This document shows, one piece after another, positions 61,321-64,000 of a stretch of 64,000 nt of DNA. Location: the NCBI GenBank assembly GCA_047605085.1, contig JASGGJ010000002.1:1689-65688 (forward strand), written 5' to 3'. This stretch comes from Protaetiibacter sp. (GTDB taxonomy: Bacteria > Actinomycetota > Actinomycetes > Actinomycetales > Microbacteriaceae). Each line of letters begins with the position of its first letter. Within the stretch, counting starts at the first letter, position 1. A model generated the notes under the pieces. It was not told the DNA's origin and did no database searches. It saw only the letters and a program-made list of their open reading frames with translations. The position numbers were made by a program, and so were the translations under genes.

Positions 61321-62209
61321 GCGAGCCCTCCGACCCGCGGATGGACGACGCCGTCGTCAAGGCCGACACCCTCATCCAGTCCCTCCCGTGGCTGCTGCGC
61401 TTCGCGGGCCGCATCGTCGTCGTCAAGTTCGGCGGCAACGCGATGGTCGACGAAACGCTGCAGCGTTCCTTCGCGGAGGACATGGTCTACCTGCGCTCTG
61501 TGGGTCTCAAGCCCGTCGTCGTGCACGGCGGCGGCCCGCAGATCTCGGCGATGCTCGACCGGCTCGGCATCCCGAGCGAGTTCCGCGGCGGCTATCGCGT
61601 GACGACGCCGGAGGCGATGGAGGTGGTACGGATGGTGCTCACCGGGCAGGTGAGTCGCGAACTCGTCACGCTCATCAACCGGCACGGACCGCTCGCCTCC
61701 GCCATCTCGGGCGAGGACGCCGGGCTGTTCCAGGGGCGCCGACGCGGCGTCGTGATCGACGGGGAGAGCGTCGACATCGGCCTCGTGGGGGACGTGATCG
61801 CGGTCGACCCCGCGGCGGTGCTCGCCGAGATCGAGGCGGGCCGCATCCCCGTGGTCTCCTCGATCGCGCCCGACATCGACGTGCCTGGGCAGTCGCTCAA
61901 CGTCAACGCCGACTCCGCCGCGGCCGCCCTCGCGGTGGCGCTCGGGGCCGAGAAGCTCGTCGTGCTGACCGATGTGGCGGGCCTCTACCGCGACTGGCCG
62001 AATCGCGACTCGCTCGTCTCGCAGCTCAGCCGCGACGAGCTCGCGGCGCTGCTGCCGAGCCTCGAGTCGGGCATGATCCCCAAGATGACGGCGTGTCTCG
62101 AGGCCGTCGACGGGGGAGTGCCGAAGGCGGCCGTCATCGACGGACGGCGCCCGCACTCGATCCTGCTCGAGATCTTCACGGATGCCGGCATCGGCACGGA
62201 GGTGATCCC

Positions 62210-62213
<4 letters not shown>
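61317..62213 (+). CDS. argB: Acetylglutamate kinase
   Basis: [20 protein letters not shown] and GMIPK. Confidence 0.96.

Positions 62214-64000
<1,787 letters not shown>

Overview
High-GC actinobacterial chromosome segment; gene order and protein sequences suggest Microbacteriaceae (inference). Bases 441-16.9 kb hold a near-complete vitamin B6 catabolic cluster of the 4-pyridoxate (pathway I) type. It encodes pyridoxamine-pyruvate aminotransferase, pyridoxine 4-oxidase, SDR-type pyridoxal 4-dehydrogenase, 4-pyridoxolactonase, FHMPC dehydrogenase, a class II aldolase-fold decarboxylase, MHPC oxygenase and acetamidomethylene-succinate hydrolase. It also carries a BMP-family ABC importer, an IclR regulator and three unassigned genes, but no recognisable 4-pyridoxate dehydrogenase. 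All three cluster promoters share a tandem 17-bp operator (TTCTCA-N5-TGAGAA, 21-bp period) and upstream GlnR-like boxes. The rest is mostly core genome: dapB, thyX, dapA, rnj, a MacAB-like ABC system, ftsK, pgsA, cinA, clgR-like, recA, recX, miaB, miaA, dapF, hflX, metF, metE, lexA, hisCBH-priA, infC-rpmI-rplT, pheST, argCJBDF. An AbiEi-like/DUF559 nuclease gene sits between thyX and dapA, bracketed by two 127-bp inverted-repeat elements of identical geometry; a similar orphan hairpin lies at 32.0 kb. No rRNA, tRNA, CRISPR array, integrase or transposase was seen. Homology calls come from recalled sequences and motifs, not database searches.
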